Of a stretch of 64,000 nucleotides of DNA, positions 8,806 through 19,125 are shown piece after piece; within the stretch, counting starts at the first letter, position 1, and every line of letters starts with the position of its first letter. The position numbers and the translations under genes were made by a program. The stretch spans positions 124,001 to 188,000 of the forward strand of contig JAHCIT010000007.1 in the NCBI GenBank assembly GCA_026129095.1, in the 5' to 3' direction. Source of the stretch: Deltaproteobacteria bacterium. GTDB lineage: Bacteria; JAGRBM01; JAHCIT01. The notes below the pieces were generated by a model. The model saw only the letters and a program-made list of their open reading frames with translations, did not search any database and had not been told where the DNA came from.

Positions 8806-10953
8806 ATGACTGACGAACCGCTCGAACCACTGCCGTCCGAATCGGCAGCCCCGTCATACCGGATACTGAAGAAACTCGCTTCCGGCGGAATGGGAGAGAT
8901 CTATCTCGCCCGGCTGAAGCGGGAAGGCGGATTCGAGAAGGAACTGGTCATCAAGAAGCTTCTGCCCATCTATGCGCAGAACCAGAGCTTTGTACGGATG
9001 TTTCTTAACGAGGCCCGCCTCGCGTCGAAACTGAGCCATTCGAACATCATTCATATCTTCGATCTGGGGAAACTGGACGATTCGTATTTCATCGCGATGG
9101 AATATCTCCAGGGCGAGAACCTGAGCGACCTGCTCGATGAGGTCCGTACCCGTGGCGGGTCCATTCCTCCCAGCGCCGTGCTGGAAATACTCTGCCAGCT
9201 TCTCCGCGGGCTCGACTATGCGCATCGCAAGACCGACACCAACGGCCAGCCGCTGAAGATCGTGCACCGGGACATCTCACCAAAGAACCTGCTGGTATCG
9301 TTTGAAGGCGAACTGAAGATCATTGATTTCGGCCTCGCCAAGGCGTCCCTCTATGACAACAAGACCGATGCCGGAACACTAAAGGGCTCCTATTCTTACA
9401 TGTCGCCGGAGCAGATATCCGGCAAGGCACTCGATTTCCGGACAGACCTGTTCAGCGCCGCCTGCGTCGGATTTGAACTGTTCACTCTGGAAAAACTGTT
9501 CCCGTCCCGGCTGGGCCTGAAGCCCATGTTCGAAAAGATCGCCGCCGGCGACATCAGTTGCACGGTAAACGGCGAAGATTGCTGGCAGCGGATTCCGGAA
9601 CCTGTACGCGCGCCGCTACGCAAGGCGCTCAGTTTTGACCCGGCTGGACGGTATCCAGCCACTGCAACAATGCTGGAAGTCTTCGAAGATCTGCGCATTT
9701 CCAAGGCAGCGGGCGAAGGCCCCCCGCTCAAGGCATGGATGAAGGAATTTTTCCAGGAAAAAATCGCCATCCAGGAACACAACCGGATGGCGGAAAAGAC
9801 AGCCGTTGCCGCCGGGGAACTTTCCGGCGCGGAAAATCCCATACCTCTTGGCGCCATTGACCGGCTGTACCAACCGATCGTGATGACGCTGCTATTCCTG
9901 CTCATCACGGGCGCTGCCTGGGCCGGGAAACAGTTGTACAAGCGGCATCAGGGCCCGCCGCTCGCCATCGCGACCATCATCACCGACCCTCCCGGTGCCC
10001 GGATGAGCGTCAGCGGACAGTGGGCCGAGGGCCGCACTCCGCTGGAACTCCACGATCTCCAGCCAGGCCGTGACTACCCGCTCCGGTTCGAGGCATCGAA
10101 CCACAAGCCGCTTGAAACGGTACTCCAGCTTCAGGGCGGGGGCCGTCAGACAACCAAGTTCACTCTGGAGAGGGAAAAGGGACGGATACTGGCCGCCACG
10201 GTTCCTCCGGGGGCGGAAATCTTCCTGAACGGACGGCCGACCGGCCTCACGACCCCATCCGAGTTGACGGATATTGAGCTCTTCACGCCGAACAAGCTGG
10301 AACTGAGGCTCGCCGGCTACCGGACCGAAGATGTGGATTTTGAACTGGAAGCCGCACAACTCCGGCGCATAACCGTCGAGATGGTACCTTCGAGCAGCCG
10401 GATTACCATCCAGAGCACGCCGATTGGGGCCGATGTACAGGCCGACGATGTTGTCATCGGAAAAACGCCACTCACCTGGAATGATGCAGAGCCGGGACGC
10501 CCCTACCGGATTGAAATAGCCAAGGCGGGTTACAAGACGCACGAGCGCCGGGTAACCGCCTCGGCTGATGGCGCGTCGATTGACCTGTCGGTAACGCTGG
10601 AACCGATCCGGGGACGAGTCGCCTGGACCGGCGCCAAGCTCCGGGGACTGACGGTCAACGGGAAGCTCGCACCCGCCAACGGAGCTGACCTCACTGAAGG
10701 AAGCTACGTTTACCGGGGCAAGTTCCCCGGCGGCCAGGAACTGACGGTCAGGCTTGAGGTCAGCCGTCAGGCGACGGGCGGACTTGCCGGAACGGCCAGC
10801 GTGAACGTGGTTCCCTATGCACAGGTGGATATCAATGGCCGGTCGGTCCGGACGACCCCGGTCTCGGACCTGAGACTCGGCAAGGGCACCAACCGTATCA
10901 GTATTGCCCCGCCGGGCGGAGCCAAGGCGACGCTGGAAGTAGGCTTGCCCTGA
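8806..10953 (+). CDS. membrane Ser/Thr protein kinase with C-terminal PEGA repeats
   Basis: GGMGEIY, HRDISPKN, DFG, YMSPEQ, a TM helix near aa 360, then TDPPGA/TVPPGA/STPIGA...GKTP PEGA repeats. Confidence 0.93.
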   Translation: MTDEPLEPLPSESAAPSYRILKKLASGGMGEIYLARLKREGGFEKELVIKKLLPIYAQNQSFVRMFLNEARLASKLSHSNIIHIFDLGKLDDSYFIAMEYLQGENLSDLLDEVRTRGGSIPPSAVLEILCQLLRGLDYAHRKTDTNGQPLKIVHRDISPKNLLVSFEGELKIIDFGLAKASLYDNKTDAGTLKGSYSYMSPEQISGKALDFRTDLFSAACVGFELFTLEKLFPSRLGLKPMFEKIAAGDISCTVNGEDCWQRIPEPVRAPLRKALSFDPAGRYPATATMLEVFEDLRISKAAGEGPPLKAWMKEFFQEKIAIQEHNRMAEKTAVAAGELSGAENPIPLGAIDRLYQPIVMTLLFLLITGAAWAGKQLYKRHQGPPLAIATIITDPPGARMSVSGQWAEGRTPLELHDLQPGRDYPLRFEASNHKPLETVLQLQGGGRQTTKFTLEREKGRILAATVPPGAEIFLNGRPTGLTTPSELTDIELFTPNKLELRLAGYRTEDVDFELEAAQLRRITVEMVPSSSRITIQSTPIGADVQADDVVIGKTPLTWNDAEPGRPYRIEIAKAGYKTHERRVTASADGASIDLSVTLEPIRGRVAWTGAKLRGLTVNGKLAPANGADLTEGSYVYRGKFPGGQELTVRLEVSRQATGGLAGTASVNVVPYAQVDINGRSVRTTPVSDLRLGKGTNRISIAPPGGAKATLEVGLP

Positions 10954-10956
10954 GGG

Positions 10957-11949
10957 CTACCGCTTTCCGCGTTGCTTCATCTGTTCGTTAAATGCCTTCA
11001 GGATTGCGTCCTTGCGTTCGAGTATGATCTCGAAGCACTGGCGTGACGAAAACTTCGGGGTGAAATCCAGTTCACGCCTGGCCTTCTCACCTGACGCGAT
11101 CCACGGGTAGCGGTAGAAGTCGAGAATGCCCGGCGGCATGGAGAACGGCAGCGCCTTGGTCTTCCAGGTTGCCCAGACCATCGCGTAGGCGATGAAATAG
11201 GGCATCTTCACCGCCCGCTTTTTCTGGATACGCGCCAGTTCGTATGAATCGACCGTTCCCTCTCCAACGGCATTGAAGATGCCAGCCGCCTGTTTTTCGA
11301 CACACAGGTGAATCAGCCGCACCAGGTCGTCCTCATGGACAAACTGGGAGGGGATACTCTTCCCGTCCAGCAACGTCATTACCGGATTGTTGAGAAGCTG
11401 TGTGGCGATGTAGTTCGAGACATTCGGCCCGAGCACGATGCAGGGCCGAATGGTGCAAACCTTCACTTCCGGATGATCCTTCTGGAAGGCGCGGAGCATC
11501 TCATCCATGAGCCGCTTGTCGTAAGCGTAGTTGAATGCTCGCACGGCGCGGGTCGGGTCTTCTTCCCGCAGGGGTACAGGATTGTCGGCCAGCGCACCGT
11601 AGGCAGTAGTGGATGAAGTTGCCAGCAGATGCTTGATGCCGGTTTTCAGAACAATATCGAGCACATTTCGTGTGCCGCCCAGATCGATATCGGTCATTTC
11701 CTTTTCGTCATAAAGGGGATCCAGCACAAACGCGAAATGCAGGAGGCTCGCAACGTCCCGGCCCTTGAGCACGTCGCCGATCTTGGGATCCCGGATGTCC
11801 AGATTGTGGAATTCGAGCCGGTCGCTCTGTATCCGCGGCGGGCGAACATCGAAACCGATCACCCGGTGGTTGCCGGGCGCATCGAGCAGCAACCTGGTCA
11901 TCCGTGTGCCGACATATCCTGAACTGCCTGTGATTGCGTAAGTCGCCAT
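10957..11949 (-). CDS. NAD-dependent epimerase/dehydratase (extended SDR)
   Basis: TGSSGYVG and YAYDK (YxxxK). ATG 11949 with GGGGAG RBS. Confidence 0.88.
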   Translation of the reverse strand: MATYAITGSSGYVGTRMTRLLLDAPGNHRVIGFDVRPPRIQSDRLEFHNLDIRDPKIGDVLKGRDVASLLHFAFVLDPLYDEKEMTDIDLGGTRNVLDIVLKTGIKHLLATSSTTAYGALADNPVPLREEDPTRAVRAFNYAYDKRLMDEMLRAFQKDHPEVKVCTIRPCIVLGPNVSNYIATQLLNNPVMTLLDGKSIPSQFVHEDDLVRLIHLCVEKQAAGIFNAVGEGTVDSYELARIQKKRAVKMPYFIAYAMVWATWKTKALPFSMPPGILDFYRYPWIASGEKARRELDFTPKFSSRQCFEIILERKDAILKAFNEQMKQRGKR

Positions 11950-12125
11950 CGTTCCATGCTCCCCGTAAAACCGTGTTTCAGGCGTTCCCCTGCCTGCGGG
12001 CGGCGACGCTACCGGCAAAATGACACGTGCGTCAAGATTAACCAGCCCTCTTGCCGCCGTTCGGAAAAGGCCTAGACTCCTCAAATCGAGGGGGCCGGCC
12101 GCCGTCACCTGCCGGCCGGAAGACC

Positions 12126-13004
12126 ATGAACCCATTTCAGCGAGCAGCGATCGAGCGGCTGGCCCGGCAACTCGTCGGAGATGACCGGGTGGAAAAACTC
12201 CGCCAGATGCCATTCAACGACCTGGGTTTCGGCTATGACCAGTTCGGCTTCGAGCGGGAATCGGCCCTTCTCGCCTATCTGATTTCACGGCTTTTCTACC
12301 TCCACTATTTCCGGGTGGAGAGCCGGGGCCACGGAAATATCCCTGCCGAAGGCCGCACGATCGTTGCGGCGAACCATTCGGGACTTTTGCCCATCGACGG
12401 GGTGATGATCGGCTGCGACCTGATCGAGAAGCTGGACCGCCCCCGCCCCATGCGGGCGATGGTGGACAACTTCGTGCCCAGCCTGCCGTTCATCTGGCAG
12501 GGGATGGCACGCGCCGGCCAAGTGGTGGGAAGCCGCCGCAATTTCGAGGAACTCCTGAAATCCGAAGAGCTGGTCACGGTATTCCCGGAAGGAACAAAAG
12601 GGATAGGCAAACTCTTTCGTGAACGGTACCGCCTGAAATCCTTCAACGTCGGCTTCGTTGAACTCGCCCTGCAGAACCAGACGCCAATTGTACCGGCCGC
12701 CGTCGTTGGCGCCGAGGAGCAGGCGCCAATACTGGGGGCCATCCGTGCGTCATGGGTTCAGCGGCTCGGCATGCCGTTTATTCCGCTTACGCCCACTTTC
12801 CCGTTACTGGGGCCCCTCGGGCTCTTGCCGCTGCCGGTGAAATACCATATCCGGTATGGCGAGCGGCTGGAGTTCCATCGTGAATACGGCCCGGATGCCG
12901 CCAGCCGGCCGGAAATCGTGAAGCGGCTGGCAGAAGAAGTTCAGCAGGCCGTGCAGGATCTGGTGAACGAAGGGCTCAAGGAACGCAAGGGGATATTCCG
13001 CTGA
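12126..13004 (+). CDS. lysophospholipid/MGAT-like acyltransferase (PlsC superfamily)
   Basis: NHSGLLPID, FPEG, PIVPAAVVGAEE, GPLGLLPLPVKY. Start set at the MNPFQ ATG. Confidence 0.9.
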   Translation: MNPFQRAAIERLARQLVGDDRVEKLRQMPFNDLGFGYDQFGFERESALLAYLISRLFYLHYFRVESRGHGNIPAEGRTIVAANHSGLLPIDGVMIGCDLIEKLDRPRPMRAMVDNFVPSLPFIWQGMARAGQVVGSRRNFEELLKSEELVTVFPEGTKGIGKLFRERYRLKSFNVGFVELALQNQTPIVPAAVVGAEEQAPILGAIRASWVQRLGMPFIPLTPTFPLLGPLGLLPLPVKYHIRYGERLEFHREYGPDAASRPEIVKRLAEEVQQAVQDLVNEGLKERKGIFR

Positions 13005-13037
13005 TGCATACTCAGTGGATCCTGGAGGGACCGCCAC

Positions 13038-14039
13038 ATGGCGACCGCTGAAGAAACCAGTGAACAGGGCAGGAAGCGCCCTGCCTCAGACAGGCGCCGG
13101 GTGCTGATTACGGGCGTCACGTCAACAATCGGCCGCCAGCTCGCCGAACGGCTCATGCACGACAAGAAAATCGACACCATCATCGGCGTCTCGCGTGACC
13201 CAAGACCCTACTACTTCGACGATTTCAACCCGCAGAAGTTCCACTACAAGCAGGTGAATATCCTGAAGCCCCGTGAGCTCACCAACCTCTTCCTGGATGA
13301 AACCTTCAAGGCGGCCAAGATAGATACCGTGGCCCACCTTGCCTTCATGCACCGTCCAGAAGACACCACCCGTGAGGCCCACGAGCTGAACGTCGAGGGG
13401 ACCAAGAACCTGCTGGACAAGTCGCTGGAAACTCCGTCGATCCGGAAGTTCATCTTCAAGAGTTCAGCCAACGTATACAAGATCCGGCCCTTCAACTCGG
13501 TCCGGCTCAAGGAGACCGACGACCTCAACTTTGACCCGGACGTCGATCCGCTTCTCAAGGATCAGGTAGATGCCGACATGCTCTGCCGGACCAAGATGGA
13601 CAACAAGCGGATGAAAATCGTCATCCTCCGCCCGTCGGCCACCATCGGCCGCAACGTGCATACCTTCATGAATACCTATCTTGAATCGTCGGTCTGCATG
13701 CGGGTTACGGGTTTCAATCCGATGATCAACCTGATTCACGTAAAGGATGTCATCCGGGCCATCCAGCTCGCCATCCACAAGAACGTGCAGGGCATTTTCA
13801 ACATCGCCGGCAAGGAAACGGCGCCGCTATCGGACTTCGCACATCTCGTCGGCGCGATCACGGTACCAATCCCGCAGACGCTGGTTGTGCCGCTCGGCCT
13901 GCTGGCCAAGCAACTCGGCCTCTCGAAATTCGATCCAAGGACCAACATTGACCGGATCAAGTATTCCTGCCTGCTGGACACCACCAAGGCGAAGGAAATC
14001 CTCGGCTTCGAGCCACAGCACCACATCAAGTTTGCGTGA
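13038..14039 (+). CDS. extended SDR / epimerase-like protein, degenerate catalytic motif
   Basis: ITGVTSTIG, HLAF, NVEGT, ILRPS, IHVKDV, GIFNIAG. GGAGG RBS. Confidence 0.85.
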   Translation: MATAEETSEQGRKRPASDRRRVLITGVTSTIGRQLAERLMHDKKIDTIIGVSRDPRPYYFDDFNPQKFHYKQVNILKPRELTNLFLDETFKAAKIDTVAHLAFMHRPEDTTREAHELNVEGTKNLLDKSLETPSIRKFIFKSSANVYKIRPFNSVRLKETDDLNFDPDVDPLLKDQVDADMLCRTKMDNKRMKIVILRPSATIGRNVHTFMNTYLESSVCMRVTGFNPMINLIHVKDVIRAIQLAIHKNVQGIFNIAGKETAPLSDFAHLVGAITVPIPQTLVVPLGLLAKQLGLSKFDPRTNIDRIKYSCLLDTTKAKEILGFEPQHHIKFA

Positions 14040-14956
14040 AAGATCGCCTCGACCCACCAATGCCCGGCGGCTCAACCACCCTGTTCGCCCCCTGCAAGGT
14101 CAATTTTTACCTGGAGGTGGCCGGCAAGCGCGCCGAGGACGGCTACCATGAACTGGTGATGGTGATGGTCCCGGTCGAAACCGGCGACGACATCAGTGTT
14201 TCCCTTGAAGGTCCACCCGGAGTCCGTATCACCTGCGATCACCCCGATGTCCCCACCGACGAGCGAAATCTCGTCCACAAGGCGGTCCGCGAGTTCGAGA
14301 AGGCACGCGGAAATCCCACGGTCACCCTTGGCGTCAGCATCAGCATACGCAAGCGGGCACCTGTCGCCGGCGGCGTCGGCGGCGGCAGCAGCGACGCGGC
14401 AAGCGTGCTGGCTGCCATCAATGAACTGGCCGGCCGGCCCTTGCAGGATATCCAGCTTCACGAAGCCGCACTCAGCGTCGGAGCGGATGTTCCTTTTTTT
14501 CTGGACCCCGGCCCCGCCCTTGTGGAAGGGATCGGGGACGAACTCACGCCGATCGAGGGGATGCCGGCGATCCCGCTGCTGCTGGTAAATCCGGCAAAAC
14601 CCCTCGGCACTGCTGATGTCTACCGGTCGCTGGGGCTTCAGCCGGAACCCCGCCCGGCGATCCTCGCCCGCAAGGACCGTAAACGCATTGGCAATATGGT
14701 ACGCGGCATGTCCACCGATCCGGCGGCCTGGCTCCGCAATGATCTCGAACGGGCAAGCATCCCCCTGCTCCCCGAGATCGGCGAAATAAAAACGGCCCTG
14801 ACTGCTGCTGGTGCCCGTGCCGCCCTCATGAGCGGCAGCGGACCCACCGTGTTCGGCCTGTTCGATACGGACGCCGCCGTTCGCGCTGCCAGCGGGAAAC
14901 TCCGCAAGGAGCATCCCGGCTGGCTGCTCTATCCGACCCGGACGCAGCCGAGCTGA
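14036..14956 (+). CDS. ispE: 4-diphosphocytidyl-2-C-methyl-D-erythritol kinase
   Basis: APCKVNFYL, DGYHEL, PVAGGVGGGSSDAA, GADVPFF, NDLE, MSGSG. Confidence 0.97.
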   Translation: MKDRLDPPMPGGSTTLFAPCKVNFYLEVAGKRAEDGYHELVMVMVPVETGDDISVSLEGPPGVRITCDHPDVPTDERNLVHKAVREFEKARGNPTVTLGVSISIRKRAPVAGGVGGGSSDAASVLAAINELAGRPLQDIQLHEAALSVGADVPFFLDPGPALVEGIGDELTPIEGMPAIPLLLVNPAKPLGTADVYRSLGLQPEPRPAILARKDRKRIGNMVRGMSTDPAAWLRNDLERASIPLLPEIGEIKTALTAAGARAALMSGSGPTVFGLFDTDAAVRAASGKLRKEHPGWLLYPTRTQPS

Positions 14957-14994
14957 CCCTTGTTTCCCGGCTCGCCAGAATAAGTCCCGTATTC

Positions 14995-15023
14995 TGTAAC
15001 CTTTTGTCCGCCTCACCCGTGTC
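14995..15023 (+). promoter_or_regulatory. candidate ECF41-type sigma promoter
   Basis: TGTAACC-N16-CGTGTC upstream of the oxidoreductase-ECF41 pair. Similar but not identical to the published ECF41 consensus TGTCACA-N16-CGTC. Confidence 0.45.
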
Positions 15024-15073
15024 ATGGAGGAGAAGCAGGCGGCTGCATCCCAGCCGCACGGGAGGCAGCACCA

Positions 15074-16393
15074 GTGAAACCTGAAGAAAATCGGATAGTT
15101 GTAATCGGAGCGGGACTTGCCGGACTCGCAGCCGCGGCCACACTTGCCCGGGCCGGGCAGCCCGTGGAGCTTGTTGAGAAAGGCACCCATCCGGGGGGCC
15201 GGGCGGCCACCCATGAAAAAGGCGGCTTCTACTTCAATGTGGGTCCGCACGCACTTTATGGAGCGGGAGAAGCTGCGCGGGTCTTGAAGGAACTTGGCGT
15301 CAGCTATAAGGGGGCCGCACCCAGCGCAACCGGCCTTACCATCCGGGAAGGGAAAACATGGAAGCTCCCTGCAACTCCATGGTCTTTGCTTACGACCGGC
15401 ATCATTCCCTTTGCCGAGCGGCTCCGGTTCGGCAATCTGCTCCGTGCCCTTCTCTCCGAAAACCCCGAAAAAGTCGCCGGGGAAACCACAGCCGAATGGG
15501 TCAAGAGGCACACGGTGAATCCGGTTACAGCAGAACTGGTACACATGCTGTTCCGGCTCGTGACCTACGCCAATGCACCCGGCCATCTCAGTGCCGGTGC
15601 GGCTGTTTCACAATTCCAGCTCGGCGAGAAGGGGAACGTACAGTATCTGGACGGTGGATGGCAGCCCCTTGCCGACAGCCTGAGGGAAACTGTCGAAAAG
15701 GCCGGAGGCCGTTTCCGGGTATCGGCTGAAGCAGCCTCCGTCGAACTGGACAACATGGACCGCCGCCGTACCACCGGTGTCCGGCTCCGCGACGACACAC
15801 TGATTCCGGCCGAGGCGGTTATTCTGGCTGTGCCGCCGTCCGCGGCATCCGCGCTGGTGGATGGAGGCAAACACCCGGAACTTTCACGCTGGGCCAGCAA
15901 TCTCATTCCCGTGCGGGCAGCCTGTCTTGATCTCGCGCTCCGGAAACTGCCCAATCCCGATATCCGGTTTGCTCTCGGCGTGGACAGGCCCCTCTACTAT
16001 TCAGTTCACTCCGCCACAGCGAAGCTTGCCCCGGAAGGCATGGCTACTGTCAGCGTCGCCAAATATCTCGACCCGCACGGCGAATCCCGCGCCTCAGAAG
16101 ACGAAGTGGAACTGTACGGCCTCATGGACCTGATCCAGCCCGGCTGGCGGGAAGAACTGATTCACCGCCAGTTCTTGCCTCGCCCCGTTGTCACTTGGGC
16201 CCTTCCTGAGGCGGCAACGGCTGGAATCTCCGGACGCCCGGGACTAGCGGTGCCGGGCGTTCAGGGCCTCTACGTGGTGGGGGACTGGGCCGGGAAAAAG
16301 GGCCAGCTGGCCGATGCGGCCCTCGCCAGCGGCCAGCAGGCAGCCCGGGAGCTGATCCAAGCCAGACGCCAAATGGAACAGCAAGCCGCCTGA
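15074..16393 (+). CDS. FAD-dependent oxidoreductase (phytoene desaturase/amine oxidase family)
   Basis: VIGAGLAGL, EKGTHPGGRA, FNVGPHALY, GLYVVGDW. GGAGG RBS and GTG start. Confidence 0.88.
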   Translation: MKPEENRIVVIGAGLAGLAAAATLARAGQPVELVEKGTHPGGRAATHEKGGFYFNVGPHALYGAGEAARVLKELGVSYKGAAPSATGLTIREGKTWKLPATPWSLLTTGIIPFAERLRFGNLLRALLSENPEKVAGETTAEWVKRHTVNPVTAELVHMLFRLVTYANAPGHLSAGAAVSQFQLGEKGNVQYLDGGWQPLADSLRETVEKAGGRFRVSAEAASVELDNMDRRRTTGVRLRDDTLIPAEAVILAVPPSAASALVDGGKHPELSRWASNLIPVRAACLDLALRKLPNPDIRFALGVDRPLYYSVHSATAKLAPEGMATVSVAKYLDPHGESRASEDEVELYGLMDLIQPGWREELIHRQFLPRPVVTWALPEAATAGISGRPGLAVPGVQGLYVVGDWAGKKGQLADAALASGQQAARELIQARRQMEQQAA

Positions 16394-16427
16394 CGGGCCG
16401 TTTTGGCGGATATGATAAAGTGCCAAT

Positions 16428-17360
16428 GTGACCACACCGGATGCCGGAACTGGAGCCACCCTTGAGGAGCACCGGAAACTCCTCTGGGGGCTCTCTTACC
16501 GGCTCACCGGTTCGGCGGCCGATGCCGACGACATCGTGCAGGAGACTTTTCTAAGGGCGCTCGAAAAACCACCGCACGACACCACCCGGCCGTGGAAACC
16601 ATGGCTGGTAAAGGTTGCCACCCACATCGGCATTGACCGGCTCCGCCGCCGGAAAGAAGTGCCCTATACCGGCCCCTGGCTCCCCTCGCTCATCGAGACA
16701 CCGCCCGGCGAACTGGAGCCGGTGGCCGATGGCCCCCTGCCGGAGGACCGGTTCCTCATGTCCGAAAGCATCACCATCGCATTCCTGCTGGCGCTGGAAG
16801 TTCTCTCGCCCAAGCAGCGGGCAGTCCTCCTGCTACGTGATGTATTCGACTATTCCGTCGCTGAAACCGCCCTCGCGCTTGAAATCTCCGAAGCCGATGT
16901 AAAAACAACCCACCACCGCGCCCGTGCCCTGATGGAGCCCTACTCCCAGAGGCGCGTCGTGCCGGACCGGCAGCTCGCCCAACAGGTCCAGTCGGCGCTG
17001 GGCAACTTCATGAGCTGCCTGATGAACCGTGACACGGCGGGGATGGAAAAGCTCCTCGCCGCCGATATCCGGGTGCTGAGCGACGGTGGCGGGGAGTTCA
17101 ACGCGGCGCGGGTTCCGGTCACGGGCGTGAGCCGCGTGGTGAAGTTTTACCTGAACCTGATGAAAACCTACACCGGCCAGATGGGGGTGTCGCTGAAATG
17201 GCTGAACGGGCTACCAGCTGTCATAACCAACTTCAGCAATGGCCGGCCGGGTGACCCGCCCCGGTCAGTCCTCCAGTGCGACATGGACGCCAACGGGCGA
17301 ATCCGGGAGATCCATGCCATCCTTGCCAGCCGGAAACTGGCAGCCCTCGGTCTCCCGTGA
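16428..17360 (+). CDS. ECF sigma factor, ECF41/SigJ-like with C-terminal SnoaL-like domain
   Basis: YRLTGSAADADDIVQETF (sigma2), YTGPWLPS linker, LSPKQRAVLLLRDVFDY (sigma4), SDGGGE. Confidence 0.9.
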   Translation: MTTPDAGTGATLEEHRKLLWGLSYRLTGSAADADDIVQETFLRALEKPPHDTTRPWKPWLVKVATHIGIDRLRRRKEVPYTGPWLPSLIETPPGELEPVADGPLPEDRFLMSESITIAFLLALEVLSPKQRAVLLLRDVFDYSVAETALALEISEADVKTTHHRARALMEPYSQRRVVPDRQLAQQVQSALGNFMSCLMNRDTAGMEKLLAADIRVLSDGGGEFNAARVPVTGVSRVVKFYLNLMKTYTGQMGVSLKWLNGLPAVITNFSNGRPGDPPRSVLQCDMDANGRIREIHAILASRKLAALGLP

Positions 17361-17361
17361 T

Positions 17362-18084
17362 ATGCCTTCCCGCATGAAGGCCGCCGTCAAAGCCGAAGAC
17401 CACCGGATCGCCGTGTACGGGCGGTTTATCGACGCCACGCTGTTCAGGCCGGATATCGCCAGCGGCAAGCACCCGGTTCCCGGTATCCTGTTACTGCATG
17501 AGGCGTTCGGCGTCACCAGCCAGATAAAGGAAGATGCAAAGGAACTGGCGGGCCTCGGTTATGGCGTTCTCGTGCCGGACCTGTATTCCGAAACGGGAGC
17601 CGCCCGCTACTGCATCCGCCAGTTCATCACCGAGGCCGGCATGAAGAATCGCTCTGGCAACCCCGCGCTCCAGGAGCTGTTTCATGTGCTGGACTACCTG
17701 GAAACGCTCCCCTGCATTGACCGGGAGCGGATCGGTGCCGTGGGCATGTGCCTCACCGGCGGTTTCATCCTGCATCTGGCCCGCCGTCCGGAACTGAAGG
17801 CCCCGGTAATCTTTCACCACAGCCTCGGGCTCGCGGGAGCCGGCGTCAGCCCAAGGGCCGCCGCCCAGGTCCAGCACACGATCCAGGGCCACTATGTCAC
17901 AAACGACCTGTTCTGCCCCAAGGCCCGGCAAGAGGCATTGCGCGACCTCCTTGGCGACAAGCTCGACTATCACCTCTACCCCGGCGCGAAGCACGGCCTC
18001 CGCAGTGTGGACCGCAATACCCGCGCCGGACAGGAAGCCTGGGAAAAGACCAAGGCATTTTTCGCCGAACATCTGGCCGGGTAG
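17362..18084 (+). CDS. dienelactone hydrolase family protein
   Basis: HEAFG, PDLY, GMCLTGG Cys nucleophile, YPGAKHG, AWEKTKAFF. Confidence 0.88.
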   Translation: MPSRMKAAVKAEDHRIAVYGRFIDATLFRPDIASGKHPVPGILLLHEAFGVTSQIKEDAKELAGLGYGVLVPDLYSETGAARYCIRQFITEAGMKNRSGNPALQELFHVLDYLETLPCIDRERIGAVGMCLTGGFILHLARRPELKAPVIFHHSLGLAGAGVSPRAAAQVQHTIQGHYVTNDLFCPKARQEALRDLLGDKLDYHLYPGAKHGLRSVDRNTRAGQEAWEKTKAFFAEHLAG

Positions 18085-18149
18085 ACTGCCGTCCAAGCTC
18101 CTGACCTTCATCATTCCCGGCGGAGCGCCGCCATGAAAGGCTTCCTGTC

Positions 18150-19031
18150 ATGAAACGAGTGCTGATCCCCTACGACTTCTCCCATTTCTCGCGCCGGGCG
18201 CTCTCGCTTGCCATGCAGGGGTATCCTTTCGGCGGCGACGCCGAGGTGGAAATGCTCCACGTGATCGACGAAGCCCTGTACGAAAATGTGCTTTCGCGCT
18301 CGCATGTGCCGACTGAAGCCGCCATTCACAGCTATCTCCAGGCGGATATCGACCGGGTCCGGGCGGACATGTTCGACCCCGATTCGTGCAAGATCCATCC
18401 GATCATCAAGGTACTCCGCGGCAGACCGGCCGATCTGATTCTGGAAGCATCGACTACATTCAGTGCCGCCGCCGTCATGATCGGCGGCCAGGGGCACGGC
18501 GGGATCAAGGAGGCGTTTATCGGCCGCACAGCGCAACGTGTCGCCCGCGAAAGCACCTGCCACGTCTATGTCGTCAAGACCACGGGCACGGGCAGACCGC
18601 CCCGCCGGGTGCTCTGCGCGGTTGACCGAAGCCCGCCGTCGCGAAAAGCGCTTGAGGAAGCCCACCGGCTGGCGGTACTGAACGGCGCCAAGCTCTCCAT
18701 CATCAGCGCGATCGAGAACCCCTATCTGCCATACATCCAGAAGCTCGCCATGGAGATTCACGATGACGAGGCGGTAAAAGAGCTGGTCCAGGCCGAACGC
18801 GAGCGGCTCCTCAAGTTCGAAATCGAGGTGCTCGGCGCGAACAAGGCCGACACCCACCATGCCGTGTTCGGGCCGGTGATCGAAACCCTGAACAGCCACG
18901 CCGAAATCCTGCACGCAGGGACCATCATCATGGGGCCACGGGGGCTGGGCCCCGTAGGGCGCGCATTCCTGGGGTCAGTGACCGAGCAGATGCTGCTGCG
19001 GTCCCGCGTGGACGTGCTGGTCGTGAAGTAG
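18150..19031 (+). CDS. universal stress protein (tandem USP domains)
   Basis: VLIPYDFS...GGQGHGG..FIGRTAQRV, and VLCAVDRS...GPRG...FLGSVTEQM. Confidence 0.9.
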   Translation: MKRVLIPYDFSHFSRRALSLAMQGYPFGGDAEVEMLHVIDEALYENVLSRSHVPTEAAIHSYLQADIDRVRADMFDPDSCKIHPIIKVLRGRPADLILEASTTFSAAAVMIGGQGHGGIKEAFIGRTAQRVARESTCHVYVVKTTGTGRPPRRVLCAVDRSPPSRKALEEAHRLAVLNGAKLSIISAIENPYLPYIQKLAMEIHDDEAVKELVQAERERLLKFEIEVLGANKADTHHAVFGPVIETLNSHAEILHAGTIIMGPRGLGPVGRAFLGSVTEQMLLRSRVDVLVVK

Positions 19032-19125
19032 GCTGTCCAGTAACCGGACAACTTGTAACATTTTCGCCTGTTTTTGCTTTTCTGTTGCAACCCCGTCACT
19101 CCGCCGTCATTAATGGGTAACGGCG

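Noticed and set aside
14957-15073. Possible tRNA-Gln after ispE (common synteny)
   Set aside because: No cloverleaf or T-loop motif is present, and prs does not follow.
14072-15586. 504-aa minus-strand ORF
   Set aside because: Antisense to ispE and the oxidoreductase, with no motifs.
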